The position numbers and the translations under genes are program-made. 64,000 nucleotides of DNA, from the IMG/VR virus record IMGVR_UViG_3300042562_001598, positions 124,001 to 188,000 of that record, one strand, 5' to 3'. The notes beneath the pieces are model-generated. The model was given only the letters and a program-made list of their open reading frames with translations. It did no database searches and had not been told where the DNA came from. Positions 1 through 9,771 of the stretch are shown here, one piece after another; position 1 is the first letter of the stretch, and every line of letters starts with the position of its first letter.

Positions 1-35
1 ATTAATGATGAGGTAACCAACAAATTCCGTTAATA

Positions 36-63
36 AAAAACCCCCAATATGATTGAGGGTTTT
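36..63 (+). terminator. Rho-independent terminator-like hairpin
   Basis: aaaaaccccca-atatgat-tgagggtttt inverted repeat flanked by A and T runs. Confidence 0.55.
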
Positions 64-147
64 AAGGTTTACATATAATTAATTATAATTGTTTAATAAT
101 ACAAAATCAAATATATTTGTGGTATATTTATTAATATATTTATTTTT

Positions 148-618
148 ATGGAATTAAGTAAAGAAGAAGAAAGAGGTATTGATTTGGTCGTTAGAGCGGT
201 ATCAAAGAAATATCCATTTATAAAGGGTTGGGTGTTAAATCAGGTTGTTAAAGCTGATAATACTGAACATACAATTATATTCATTGATATTCTTATTAAT
301 ATGGGGGCTTATCTAAAGTATTTTGATTTATACCCTAGTAAGTTTTATATCAATTATAGTAATAAGAGTGAATTCCAATCATCGTCACTATGGCATTGGG
401 GTAGTGAAGAAGAGGGTGGTAAATGGGTTGGGTCATATGATGAATCGCGTGAAAAATATGAGGAAAAATCAAATAATTTGAATCAACATATTCGTGAGAT
501 GTTAAAAGATAGGTATAGTGAAATACCGGAAGAATATCAAAAATTGTATATAGGTTATGGTGGAGAACTTACACCATCATCACTATTAAACTTCCAATAC
601 AGAATTGCAAATGATTGA
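148..618 (+). CDS. Hypothetical phage protein, paralog of the next gene
   Basis: ELSKEEERGIDLVVRAVSKKYPFIKGW matches ELTNNEKKGINLSVKGLAKTYPFVKGW of 611..1078; both end with a (I/L)P(E/D)EY motif. Confidence 0.75.
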   Translation: MELSKEEERGIDLVVRAVSKKYPFIKGWVLNQVVKADNTEHTIIFIDILINMGAYLKYFDLYPSKFYINYSNKSEFQSSSLWHWGSEEEGGKWVGSYDESREKYEEKSNNLNQHIREMLKDRYSEIPEEYQKLYIGYGGELTPSSLLNFQYRIAND

Positions 619-1078
619 GTTAACAAATAATGAGAAAAAAGGGATTAACTTGAGTGTTAAAGGTCTTGCTAAAACATATCCTTTTGTTAAGGGGTGGGAT
701 TATAATGAAAATTCTGATGATTATAGATACTCACTTTATATTAATCTATTAATTGACCCTATTGAATCAATTAATTTTATTCGTGAAAAATATGGGATTG
801 AGTTTTATCCTTCAAGAACATTAATTGATATGATTACTAACAGACCTGACGAATACGAAACACCTGTTTTAATGTTGTATGCTTCGGTTGAAGGTGAAGG
901 TGGTGAAATGATGGGTAGTAGTAATGAGGCTTGGTCTGATACATTTAATAAATTATATGATATAAAATTGGAGATGGTTGAAAGGTTAAATGACAAATAT
1001 AATATGTTACCTGATGAATATAAAGTTCCTAAAGCATTATCACTTCAGAGATATAGAATAACTCCAGAAAAAAAATAA
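611..1078 (+). CDS. Hypothetical phage protein, paralog of 148..618
   Basis: ORF track 605..1078; first ATG at 611; shared KxYPFxKGW motif. Confidence 0.75.
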   Translation: MIELTNNEKKGINLSVKGLAKTYPFVKGWDYNENSDDYRYSLYINLLIDPIESINFIREKYGIEFYPSRTLIDMITNRPDEYETPVLMLYASVEGEGGEMMGSSNEAWSDTFNKLYDIKLEMVERLNDKYNMLPDEYKVPKALSLQRYRITPEKK

Positions 1079-1080
1079 TT

Positions 1081-1854
1081 ATGAATTTACAGGAAAATAT
1101 AGTAAGGATTAGAGAGATGATGCTTGCTGAGGAGATGGTGCAATCTGATGCTTGGAAAATGATTAAGAAATCAATAGATATTCTTAAGAAGAAAGATAAG
1201 GTTTTATTATTGAGTTGTTCCAATAGATACAATTGGAATGAAGAAAACATAGACATTCCAAAGTCAAAGATGATTGCAATGTATATCCAAGATGAGTTGG
1301 GTGATAAGGCGGTCTTAATTGATGTTCCAGAACTTAATATATTACCTTGTGAGGGCAATGTTTCAAGAAAGGATGGTAATAGTTGTGGTTTATTAAAAGC
1401 GTTGCTTAAAGATAAGGATAAGAACCCCTCCGGTAATCATAGATGTTGGGCAAGTTATAACAATCCTAAAGATGAGTTATGGAAAGTATCCAAGGAATTG
1501 TTTGAGTCTGACACTGTAATATTTTTTAGTTCTATAAGATGGGGACAGACTAATATGTATTACCAAAATTTAATTGAGAGGTTAACTTGGATTGAGAATA
1601 GACACGCAACACTTGGTGAATCAAATATAGTTAAGGATATTGAGAGTGGGTTTATTTGTACAGGTCAAAACTGGAATGGTGAGAATGTTACTGGAACTCA
1701 ATTAAAGGTACACGAATTTTATGGGTTTAAACCGAATGATGATTTATATTGGAATTGGCAATACACTAAAGATGTTAATGATGAGACGAAAAAATCTTAT
1801 AAGGAATCACATAAAAAATTCATAAAAGACACGAAGATACCTGAAAATAAATAA
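1081..1854 (+). CDS. Flavodoxin-like / NAD(P)H-dependent FMN reductase-fold protein with N-terminal MNLQENIxRI leader
   Basis: KVLLLSCSNR, LIDVPELNILPCEG, DELWKVSKELFESDTVIFFSSIRWG..YQNLIERL resemble the multimeric flavodoxin/FMN_red pattern. Confidence 0.65.
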   Translation: MNLQENIVRIREMMLAEEMVQSDAWKMIKKSIDILKKKDKVLLLSCSNRYNWNEENIDIPKSKMIAMYIQDELGDKAVLIDVPELNILPCEGNVSRKDGNSCGLLKALLKDKDKNPSGNHRCWASYNNPKDELWKVSKELFESDTVIFFSSIRWGQTNMYYQNLIERLTWIENRHATLGESNIVKDIESGFICTGQNWNGENVTGTQLKVHEFYGFKPNDDLYWNWQYTKDVNDETKKSYKESHKKFIKDTKIPENK

Positions 1855-1872
1855 AAAATTTGTTTTATAATT

Positions 1873-2553
1873 ATGAAATTACAGGAAAATATAGACAGAA
1901 TGAAATCAATGATGGGTTTAATTGGTGAGGGTACGGATAAACTTACCAATAAATTAATTGATAATTTTAGTAAAGAGTTTAATTACACTAGATTAGCTAA
2001 CCCAAATATTGAGAAGTTAAACAATGGGCTTTATTATGTTATGGAATATCGTAAAAATAAAAACACTATTGAAGTGTTGGATAACTATTTCTCCGATGTT
2101 TTTTCAGAATTGCATTTACCTCAAAATGTGTATGAAAAGATTAGAAAAGATTTGATTATTGGTATAATCAAAAACTCCGAAATGGAACCCAATGATGATA
2201 CAATTATATGTGTTAAAGGAAATAGTTTTAATTCTAAATGTTTGGATACATTTTATTATGGTGGTGATGACTTTAATGAAGATGAGGAAAAAAATATTGA
2301 GATAACTTTCAACGCGTTAGATAAAGGCCATTTTTATGTAAATTATCTTGTAAATTATAAATTTGGTTTTATTGAGATTGATGGTTATTTAAAGCCTTAC
2401 AATACAGGTAGAGGTGCTGTTTATGAATTTCATCCTGATATTAATAATGATGATGATGATAATGAAGCTCAAGAATATTATGATGAAAATTATGAAGATA
2501 TTGAACAAGAGATATTGGATGAATTCTATAAAACAAACCCCAGTCAGAAATGA
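1873..2553 (+). CDS. Hypothetical acidic protein with MKLQENIDRMKSMMGL leader
   Basis: 226-aa ORF, leader family, very acidic C-terminus. Confidence 0.7.
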   Translation: MKLQENIDRMKSMMGLIGEGTDKLTNKLIDNFSKEFNYTRLANPNIEKLNNGLYYVMEYRKNKNTIEVLDNYFSDVFSELHLPQNVYEKIRKDLIIGIIKNSEMEPNDDTIICVKGNSFNSKCLDTFYYGGDDFNEDEEKNIEITFNALDKGHFYVNYLVNYKFGFIEIDGYLKPYNTGRGAVYEFHPDINNDDDDNEAQEYYDENYEDIEQEILDEFYKTNPSQK

Positions 2554-2622
2554 TTGGGTTTTTTATTTATAATTCGTTTTATTATGTCTATTATTATCAA
2601 ATAAAAAGTAATTAATAGGTTT

Positions 2623-4311
2623 ATGAATATATTGAGTTTATTTGACGGGATATCTTGTGGGCAAATTGCCTTGAATAAAGCGGGAATTAAATATGACAAT
2701 TATTACGCTTCAGAAATTAATAAATATTCTATACAAGTAACCTCAAAAAATTATCCTGATACAATTCAACTTGGGAATGTGTCTGAAATAAATGTAAATG
2801 AATTACCTAATATTGATTTATTAATTGGTGGTAGTCCTTGTCAGTCTTTTAGTAATATGGGGGACAACACTGGATTTGAGGGTAAAAGTAAATTATTTTG
2901 GGAGTTCGTTAGAATATTAAACGAGGTAAAACCTAAATATTTTTTACTTGAAAATGTGGTTATGAAAAAAGAGTGGCAAGATGTAATATCTGAAGCTGTT
3001 GGTGTTAAACCCATCAAGATAAATAGTGCGTTACTTTCGCATCAGAGGAGAAATCGTTTATATTGGACCAATATACCAGGAATTACACAACCAAATGACT
3101 TAGATTTAGACTTCAGAGATATTATTGAACAAAATGTTCACCCTAAATATAATCTTACTAAAAGAGCTGTTGAAAGAGTTAGGGAAAAACAAGGTTATGA
3201 TTTGGTTGCTAAAAAAGCTAAATGTCTTTTTGCGACATATTATAAAAACAATAGTAATTCCAGGGAAGGTCAGATAGTTGAACAAAATGGTGTGTTGAGA
3301 AGATTAACTCCCAACGAATGTGAGATATTACAAACGGTTCCCTTGAACTATACAGATTGTTTAAGTGATACACAAAGATACAAAACTTTGGGTGATGGTT
3401 GGACGGTAGATGTTATTGCACATATATTTGAGAGGTTGAAAGAACCTAAAAAAAGAAAATTAACGGTCTTATCATTATTTGACGGGATGAGTTGTGGTCA
3501 GATTGCCCTTAATAAAGCTGGTATTGAGTATGATAATTATTATGCTTCTGAAATTGATAAACACGCGATTTCAGTAACACAATATAACTATCCAAATACT
3601 ATTCAAATGGGTAGTATAACTGAATTAAAAAGTTCTCAATTACCTAAAATTGATTTGTTATTTGGTGGTTCACCTTGTCAATCATTCTCAAATGCAGGTA
3701 ATGGAACTGGGTTTGATGGTAAGTCAGGGCTATTCTATGAATATGTTAGATTATTGAAAGAATGTAAACCTACATATTTTATGCTTGAAAATGTTAAGAT
3801 GAAAAAAGAATGGCAGGATATTATTTCAGATGAATTAGGTGTTCAACCAATTAAGATAAATTCAAATCTTGTAGGAGCCCAAAATCGTGAGAGACTTTAT
3901 TGGTCAAATATTCCAATTGTAGGGTTACCTAATGATAAAGAAGTTTATATTGAAGATATACTTGATATTACTTTTGATAGTAAGTATTGGTTGAAAGAAA
4001 GAAATTCTGAATTACTTTCTAAGAAAGTTAATATAGAAGGAGCTCCGGCTATTTGTTGTATTGATGTTTATAATAAGAAGTACAAGAAAGACAGAAAAAG
4101 TCCTACATTAACTTTACCACATCATAATTCATTAAGATTACTTCAAGATGGTAAGTTTAGAAAACTAACTCCTAATGAGTGTGAGAGACTACAAACGGTT
4201 CCTGTTGATTATACTAATATTGGTATTTCAGATATTCATAGATACTCAATGTTGGGTAATGGGTGGACTGTTGATGTAATTGCTCATATATTTCAAGGAC
4301 TAAAAGAATAG
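2623..4311 (+). CDS. C5 cytosine DNA methyltransferase with two complete tandem MTase domains
   Basis: Two sets of LSLFDG.SCG (motif I), GGSPCQ (IV), ENV (VI), QxRxR (VIII), LTPxECExLQ and G(D/N)GWTVDV (IX/X). Confidence 0.92.
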   Translation: MNILSLFDGISCGQIALNKAGIKYDNYYASEINKYSIQVTSKNYPDTIQLGNVSEINVNELPNIDLLIGGSPCQSFSNMGDNTGFEGKSKLFWEFVRILNEVKPKYFLLENVVMKKEWQDVISEAVGVKPIKINSALLSHQRRNRLYWTNIPGITQPNDLDLDFRDIIEQNVHPKYNLTKRAVERVREKQGYDLVAKKAKCLFATYYKNNSNSREGQIVEQNGVLRRLTPNECEILQTVPLNYTDCLSDTQRYKTLGDGWTVDVIAHIFERLKEPKKRKLTVLSLFDGMSCGQIALNKAGIEYDNYYASEIDKHAISVTQYNYPNTIQMGSITELKSSQLPKIDLLFGGSPCQSFSNAGNGTGFDGKSGLFYEYVRLLKECKPTYFMLENVKMKKEWQDIISDELGVQPIKINSNLVGAQNRERLYWSNIPIVGLPNDKEVYIEDILDITFDSKYWLKERNSELLSKKVNIEGAPAICCIDVYNKKYKKDRKSPTLTLPHHNSLRLLQDGKFRKLTPNECERLQTVPVDYTNIGISDIHRYSMLGNGWTVDVIAHIFQGLKE

Positions 4312-5214
4312 ATATGGAAAAGATAAATGTATTAAGTTTGTTTGATGGAATGAGTTGTGGTCAAATAGCTCTGAATAGAGCTGGTATTGATTACAAGAAC
4401 TATTACGCATCAGAAATAGATAAAGATGGTATAAAGGTAACGATGAATAACTTTCCTAATACTAACCAAGTTGGTAGTGTTACGGATTTGGTTGGTAGTG
4501 ATTTACCTAAAATTGATTTATTAATTGGTGGTAGTCCTTGCCAATCGTTTTCAAATGCGGGAAATGGTAAAGGTTTTGAAGGTAAGTCTGGGTTATTTTG
4601 GGAATATGTTAGAATATTAAAAGAAGTTCAACCAAAGTATTTTTTACTTGAAAATGTAAAGATGCGGAAAGAATGGCAGGATATTATTTCGGAAGCTTTA
4701 GGTGTTGAACCGGTCTCAATTAACTCAAAATATTTTGTTCCTCAAAATAGACCAAGATTATATTGGACCAATATTCCTATTAATGAAATACCAAATTCTT
4801 ACACCCATTGTTTAAACGATGTGTTAGAAGAAGCGACATCAGATTATTATTTAACTGATAAACAAAAAGCTATCCTTGATTTAAATTATAAATGGAGTGA
4901 AAATGAAATTATAAGACATAAAGCTGGAAAACACCAACAAGACAATATCTACAGGTATGATGGTATAATGTGTTGTTTATCGGCGTCAAGTCACGGAGCG
5001 GCAAGACACTTAACTAAAACATATTTACCTAATGGTAAGTTAAGACGATTGACTGAAAATGAAGTTGAAAAACTACAAAGTGTTCCGGTTAATTACACTA
5101 ATTATGTTTCATCGTCAAAAAGATATGAAATGTTGGGTAATGGGTGGACTGTTGATGTAATTGCTCATATATTTCAAGGACTAAAAGAATAGATATGGAA
5201 AAGATAAATGTATT
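4248..5214 (+). repeat. 86-bp identical direct repeat (4248-4333 and 5129-5214) spanning MTase gene junctions
   Basis: aatgttgggtaatgggtggactg...aaagaatagatatggaaaagataaatgtatt occurs twice, 881 bp apart. Confidence 0.9.
4314..5192 (+). CDS. C5 cytosine DNA methyltransferase
   Basis: LSLFDGMSCG, GGSPCQ, LENV, QNRPR, GNGWTVDV. Confidence 0.93.
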   Translation: MEKINVLSLFDGMSCGQIALNRAGIDYKNYYASEIDKDGIKVTMNNFPNTNQVGSVTDLVGSDLPKIDLLIGGSPCQSFSNAGNGKGFEGKSGLFWEYVRILKEVQPKYFLLENVKMRKEWQDIISEALGVEPVSINSKYFVPQNRPRLYWTNIPINEIPNSYTHCLNDVLEEATSDYYLTDKQKAILDLNYKWSENEIIRHKAGKHQQDNIYRYDGIMCCLSASSHGAARHLTKTYLPNGKLRRLTENEVEKLQSVPVNYTNYVSSSKRYEMLGNGWTVDVIAHIFQGLKE

Positions 5215-7123
5215 GAGTTTGTTTGATGGGATGAGTTGTGGTCAGATTGCTCTGAATAGAGCTGGTATTGAGTATGGTAATTATTATGCTTCTGAAATTG
5301 ATAAACACGCAATTAAAGAAACCATGGCGAACTATCCCAATACAATCCAGGTTGGTGATGTTACAAAGATTACAGCGTCAGATTTACCAAAGATAGACTT
5401 ATTAATTGGTGGTAGTCCATGTTTTACCGCGGGTAATTTAGTGATGACTAATGATGGTTATAAACCAATAGAAGATATTGTTGTTGGTGATATGGTATTG
5501 ACTCATAAAAATAGGTATAAAAAAGTTTTAAGAATTGGTGGTGAAATTAAAGAGACGATACGAGTAAAATCCCAAGGGTCAAGTATGATAGAAACAACTA
5601 GAAACCATCCATTTTATTGTTTTGAGAGTAATGGTGAGAATTCTGACTTTTGTTGGAAAAATATTGGTGATTTTAATAAAAAAGATAAAGTTGTATCTAT
5701 AAATTGGGGTGTAAATATTGATTTTGAGAACTTTTCAAATATTGATTTATACATATTAGGTCGTTTTTTAGCGGATGGTTGTTGTTACAAAACAAAAAGA
5801 AAAGATAGAGATAATTCTTACATCTATAAGTTTAAAATAAGTGTTGGGAAACATGAAATAGATGACTTTAAGAGTAAAGTTGATGATAGATTTACCTATA
5901 TTGAAGAAAAAACTGTATATAATGCTTTTATATATAAAAAAGAATGGGTTGAGATAGGTGAAAAATTTGGCCACTTAGCTCATAATAAATTTATACCTAA
6001 TTTCATATTAGATTTACCTATTGATAGACTTAAAATTTTCATCAATGGATATATGGATGGTGATGGTCATGTTAGAAAACAAGCTTCTAAAGTCAATGTA
6101 TATAAAAGAAATACGACTGTTAGTGAAAAACTAGCTCTTACATTATCTTTAGCTATACAAAAATGTTACAATGGGGTGTCAATTAATTATACAAAAAGAG
6201 AAAATACTTGTGTTATTGAAGGTAGAGTTGTAAATCAAAAAGGGACTTATGAAGTTTCATATACTGAAAATAAAACAAAATTTAGTAAGTATAAAATAAT
6301 AAATGATTATACAATTTACAACCTGACTAAAAGTGTTTCATTTGTTGAAACTGGAACTAATCCTGTTTATAATATAGAGGTAGAAGAAGATAATTCATAT
6401 GTGGTTAATAATCTAATTGTTCATAATTGCCAAGGATTTTCTTTTAGTGGAAAACAATTAAACTTTGAGGACCCAAGAAGTAAATTGTTCTTTGAGTTTG
6501 TTAGACTATTAAAGGAGTGTAATCCGAAATACTTTTTACTTGAGAATGTTGTAATGAAAAAAGAATATGAACAGGTAATAACTGATTACTTGGGAGTAGA
6601 ACCCATTCAGATTAATTCCACTTTGGTGGCAGCCCAAAATCGCGTGAGATTGTATTGGACCAATATACCAAATGTTCAACAACCTGAAGATAGAAACATA
6701 AGGTTAATTGATATTTTAGAAGATGATGTAATGATTGGCGATACAATTGTTAGAAAGGAGAACCTGAACAAAGGAACTATACTTGGTAGGAGACTAAATA
6801 ACGAGGGTAAGAGAGACGATTACAATAAAAGTGTGCCAATAGTTCAGTGCCTTGAGATAAGAGCGTCAAATAGAGAAAAAAGTAATTGTATAACAACCGT
6901 GGCCAAAGATAATGTTTTATCTACATTACCAATAGGTCGGCATGTTGATGCGTTTAATAAGAAATTACCTTTTAGATATTATACGACTACAGAATATAGT
7001 AGATTACAGACTGTTCCAGATGATTATTTCAAGGTTTCAAGTGATAATCAGATAAGAAAAATGATTGGTAATGGGTGGACTGTTGATGTTATTGCTCACA
7101 TATTCAATAATATACAACTATAA
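5195..7123 (+). CDS. C5 cytosine DNA methyltransferase containing an intein
   Basis: MTase motifs interrupted at GGSP|C...VHN|CQGFS. Confidence 0.92.
   Translation: MEKINVLSLFDGMSCGQIALNRAGIEYGNYYASEIDKHAIKETMANYPNTIQVGDVTKITASDLPKIDLLIGGSPCFTAGNLVMTNDGYKPIEDIVVGDMVLTHKNRYKKVLRIGGEIKETIRVKSQGSSMIETTRNHPFYCFESNGENSDFCWKNIGDFNKKDKVVSINWGVNIDFENFSNIDLYILGRFLADGCCYKTKRKDRDNSYIYKFKISVGKHEIDDFKSKVDDRFTYIEEKTVYNAFIYKKEWVEIGEKFGHLAHNKFIPNFILDLPIDRLKIFINGYMDGDGHVRKQASKVNVYKRNTTVSEKLALTLSLAIQKCYNGVSINYTKRENTCVIEGRVVNQKGTYEVSYTENKTKFSKYKIINDYTIYNLTKSVSFVETGTNPVYNIEVEEDNSYVVNNLIVHNCQGFSFSGKQLNFEDPRSKLFFEFVRLLKECNPKYFLLENVVMKKEYEQVITDYLGVEPIQINSTLVAAQNRVRLYWTNIPNVQQPEDRNIRLIDILEDDVMIGDTIVRKENLNKGTILGRRLNNEGKRDDYNKSVPIVQCLEIRASNREKSNCITTVAKDNVLSTLPIGRHVDAFNKKLPFRYYTTTEYSRLQTVPDDYFKVSSDNQIRKMIGNGWTVDVIAHIFNNIQL
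5420..6427 (+). mobile_element. Intein (336 aa) with LAGLIDADG-type homing endonuclease
   Basis: Starts CFTAGNLV; TTRNHPF block B; LGRFLADG and INGYMDGDG LAGLIDADG motifs; VYNIEVEEDNSYVVNNLIVHN terminus followed by +1 Cys. Confidence 0.93.
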
Positions 7124-7225
7124 TTATTTAGACCAAATTAAAATTAACTATTTTCAGTATAATTTATGGTTGGGGTTTTGTTACATATTATAAATTATCT
7201 ATCTTTGTAAAAAACAAATAGAGTT

Positions 7226-7381
7226 ATGAATATTATATTAACTATAATGATAATAATGGCGGTTTTATTAATCGTTATTGTTTATGTGAATGAGAAGGTT
7301 ATTGGTAAATTACCTGAGAGTTCAACTATTAAAACATTTTGGAGAAAACACATCTGCATGGAGGATGAAACACACAATTAA
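7226..7381 (+). CDS. Small membrane protein (51 aa, not in ORF track)
   Basis: MNIILTIMIIMAVLLIVIVYVNEK...THN*, directly after TATCTTTG box at 7200. Confidence 0.55.
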   Translation: MNIILTIMIIMAVLLIVIVYVNEKVIGKLPESSTIKTFWRKHICMEDETHN

Positions 7382-7385
7382 TATT

Positions 7386-7872
7386 ATGGAAAATTACAAA
7401 ATTAAATTAGTTTATTGGTTAGCTAACCAATTCGGGTATGAAATTACCATGGTCAGAATGAGTAACGGTCAGGAGGTAAAACAGACTGAAGAAACTCCAA
7501 CTATGTCTTTAAGAGAGAAAACAAAAAACTTCTTGGTTACCAAATTACAAAAAAAGTTAAACAAAAAGAAAAAGGTAATGGTTCAAGTAAATGAAGTGCC
7601 GGTATTAACTCTTAGAGATAAATTAAAGGAAATGGGTAAATTATAAAAAATAAGTTAAGATGATTATAGATTACGCTAGTGAAGAAATGATGTCAGCCAA
7701 ATATCAATATAACGGTGTGACTGAAGATGGTAGAAAATTTGTTTTACACGCTGATTGGAATAGTTGGGATGATTATACCGCTGAAGATATTGAGTGGTTA
7801 GATGGTACTACAGGAACATATGAGGAAGAGTGTGAAATTTTTGAACTTTATCAAGAAACAATGAATGGTTAA
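7386..7872 (+). CDS. Two small hypothetical proteins (7386..7646, 7660..7872)
   Basis: ORF track; first gene restarted at ATG 7386 to avoid overlap with 7226..7381. Confidence 0.6.
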
Positions 7873-8151
7873 TAAACCAAAAAAAATAAAATTATGTCAA
7901 ATATTTCAATTTTAATTTATTGCATCGCGATTAATTACATTATATTCACAGCAAGTTGTATAATAATGTGTTATGACAAAAAAAGGGATGACTTTTGGAT
8001 GAAAATATCTGTAGTCAGTTTAATGTCCATGATTATAACCTCTTTAATTGGAATTATAGTAGTTTAGAAAATATCCCCAATGTAAATTTATGTTGGGGAT
8101 ATTTATTGTTATAATCTTAAAATAAAATAATTTCGTTATATTTATTAAATT

Positions 8152-9198
8152 ATGAAAAAGAACGCTTTAAAAGAGGAAGTATTACGAATTCACGAACTTA
8201 CTTATGGTAAGAAAATTTTGGAGGAACAAAACTTCCTATCAAAAATATTTGGTGATGATAAAGAAAAGACAAGTAAAGTTGACGACCCAAAAAAGGCTGA
8301 TATTGTAACTTCAGATGTTAAAAAATTCTATCAAAATATTGAGGACGCTATTTCATCGGGTGGATTATCACAACAAAAAATCGGAACGATGAATTTCCAA
8401 AAGGGTGTTGAGTCTATGCAAATTGGTTTAATGTTATTAGGTTATGATTTACCTAAACATGGTGTTGATGGGTTATTTGGTCCTGAAACGGCGAATGCTG
8501 TTGGTAAGTTTATTAGTGATAACTTAAAGGACTCTGTTGACTTAACCAAAGATAGTTCAAAAAAAGTTGAAGCGACACCGGAGATGTTGGGTAAATTATT
8601 AGAAATGTTAGAAACGAAGGGTATTTCTTCTGAAGAACTTAAAAAATATATTGATTCTGTTACTACAGGTGGTGGTGCTAACTTTACTGATTTAGATTTA
8701 TCAACAACTGAAGGATATGAGGCTTATGCTGAAATATGTCAAAAGTTTATAGATAGTAAACAACCAAATTTATTGGGTATTACTGGAACTATGTTGGCTG
8801 ATGGTGCTAAACGAGCTTTTGATAATCGTCATAAGTATGTCCCACCTGAATTAGCCTTGGCTCAATTAGCTGCTGAAGGTGGTATAGGTAATAAAAACGC
8901 TCAAAGTAGACCAATAAGAACTAAAAACCCATTCAATGTTGGAAATGTTGATTCTGGTGGAAATGTTTTCCATGGGGATGTACAAAGTGGTATTAACACT
9001 TATTATGATTTAATAGCTAAAGATTATTTGGTTAAAGGTAAAACCGCTTCAGATTTGGTAAAACAATTTGTTAATAAGAGTGGTAATAGATATGCGACTT
9101 CAGCTTATGAACCATTTATTAATAAACTTGCTGGTGAGGCAAATAGAATTGCTACCCCAATTTATTTAGCAATGTCTAACAAAGAACGAGAAGTTTAA
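8152..9198 (+). CDS. Peptidoglycan-binding domain + lysozyme-superfamily (glucosaminidase-like) hydrolase with leader; possibly virion-associated
   Basis: MQIGLMLLGY..GVDGLFGPETANAV (PG_binding_1-like); LALAQLAAEGG and KNPFNVGN..RYAT (GH73-like). Confidence 0.7.
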   Translation: MKKNALKEEVLRIHELTYGKKILEEQNFLSKIFGDDKEKTSKVDDPKKADIVTSDVKKFYQNIEDAISSGGLSQQKIGTMNFQKGVESMQIGLMLLGYDLPKHGVDGLFGPETANAVGKFISDNLKDSVDLTKDSSKKVEATPEMLGKLLEMLETKGISSEELKKYIDSVTTGGGANFTDLDLSTTEGYEAYAEICQKFIDSKQPNLLGITGTMLADGAKRAFDNRHKYVPPELALAQLAAEGGIGNKNAQSRPIRTKNPFNVGNVDSGGNVFHGDVQSGINTYYDLIAKDYLVKGKTASDLVKQFVNKSGNRYATSAYEPFINKLAGEANRIATPIYLAMSNKEREV

Positions 9199-9299
9199 AT
9201 ATAATTAAAAATAGTTACAATCCCCAATATAATATAAATTTATGTTGGGGATTTGTTTTTATGTTAAAAATTACTTACTTTTGTAAAAAACAAAAACTT

Positions 9300-9761
9300 A
9301 TGAAAAAGATTTATTTATTGTTATTATTGCTTTTCGCATTTTCTATGTCGGGTCAAAAGAAGACTTATAAAAAACCTATTAAACTTGAGGTTGGTGGTGT
9401 TAAAATATCTTATGATAAGGTAAAACACGTAATGACTATTGAAGTTCCGGAGGGGGTTGTATTAACGAATGATTATGATAAGGAGACCAGTGTTAGGTTA
9501 AACAATGAGTTTGTTTTGGACTTGGTTATCAATGGTGAGACTATAACTAGTAATGATGATTTTTTTATGGTTAAAGGGTCACAACAGGGTTATTGGTCTC
9601 ATTATTATAAACTTATACCTTATGGTTGTAAGGAGATTGTTCGGAATCGTAAGTGGGTGATTTATAATATTCAACCTGGTGAATATGTGTTACAGGTTGC
9701 GGATGTATGTTATGGGAAACAATATTCAAATATAAAAACTGGTTCTTTAATAATTCAATAA
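9300..9761 (+). CDS. Secreted hypothetical protein with Bacteroidota-type signal peptide
   Basis: MKKIYLLLLLLFAFSMSGQ signal peptide; TACTTTTG box at 9276-9283. Confidence 0.7.
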   Translation: MKKIYLLLLLLFAFSMSGQKKTYKKPIKLEVGGVKISYDKVKHVMTIEVPEGVVLTNDYDKETSVRLNNEFVLDLVINGETITSNDDFFMVKGSQQGYWSHYYKLIPYGCKEIVRNRKWVIYNIQPGEYVLQVADVCYGKQYSNIKTGSLIIQ

Positions 9762-9771
9762 ATAATAGATT

